A stretch of 32,000 nt of DNA from Candidatus Saccharimonadota bacterium (GTDB lineage: Bacteria; Patescibacteriota; Patescibacteriia; 2-12-FULL-60-25): the NCBI GenBank assembly GCA_016699205.1, contig CP064964.1:1020001-1052000 (forward strand), in the 5' to 3' direction. A model generated the notes under the pieces. The model was not told the DNA's origin. It saw only the letters and a program-made list of their open reading frames with translations, and searched no databases. Made by a program: the position numbers and the translations under genes. This document shows positions 31,984 through 32,000 of the stretch, in pieces (within the stretch, counting starts at the first letter, position 1; every line of letters starts with the position of its first letter).

Positions 31984-32000
31984 GTGATATCGATGCCAGA

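Overview
Gene-dense 32-kb chromosomal segment with about 40 CDS and one tRNA, roughly two thirds on the + strand. The backbone is housekeeping and envelope genes: malic enzyme, ftsE-ftsX plus three unknown downstream genes, tRNA-Gln, an ABC-2 exporter with a YgjP-like hydrolase, DEAD-box helicase, AI-2E permease, DUF3298 lipoprotein, secreted thermonuclease plus VKOR, leucyl aminopeptidase, glutaredoxin-like protein, Bcp peroxiredoxin, era, an RlmD/RumA-type methyltransferase, a SpoU/TrmH methyltransferase, a GT28-GT2-Rieske-murJ cluster, lepA and recJ. Gene content, tiny intergenic gaps and the near absence of Shine-Dalgarno sequences give a Patescibacteria/CPR-like impression; this is inference and cannot be tested here. 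I see no rRNA, CRISPR array, transposase, integrase or recognisable defence or toxin family. Points worth a second look: (1) Six compact GC-rich cassettes encode orphan proteins, each with a strong GGAGG-type SD and its own G/C-rich terminator, inserted between backbone genes that lack SDs. One has an operator-flanked consensus promoter and one is an overlapping two-gene module. (2) Many backbone operons look leaderless, with a -10 box 6-9 nt before the ATG. (3) The ftsEX operon extends into three unknown genes ending in a membrane-anchored HExxH protein. (4) Single-base homopolymer frameshifts split a GT2 glycosyltransferase and recJ. (5) A Rieske ferredoxin is translationally coupled to murJ. 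(6) A 4x heptamer repeat builds the era promoter. None of the orphan cassettes can be assigned a function from sequence alone, so the novel-system reading is a hypothesis.
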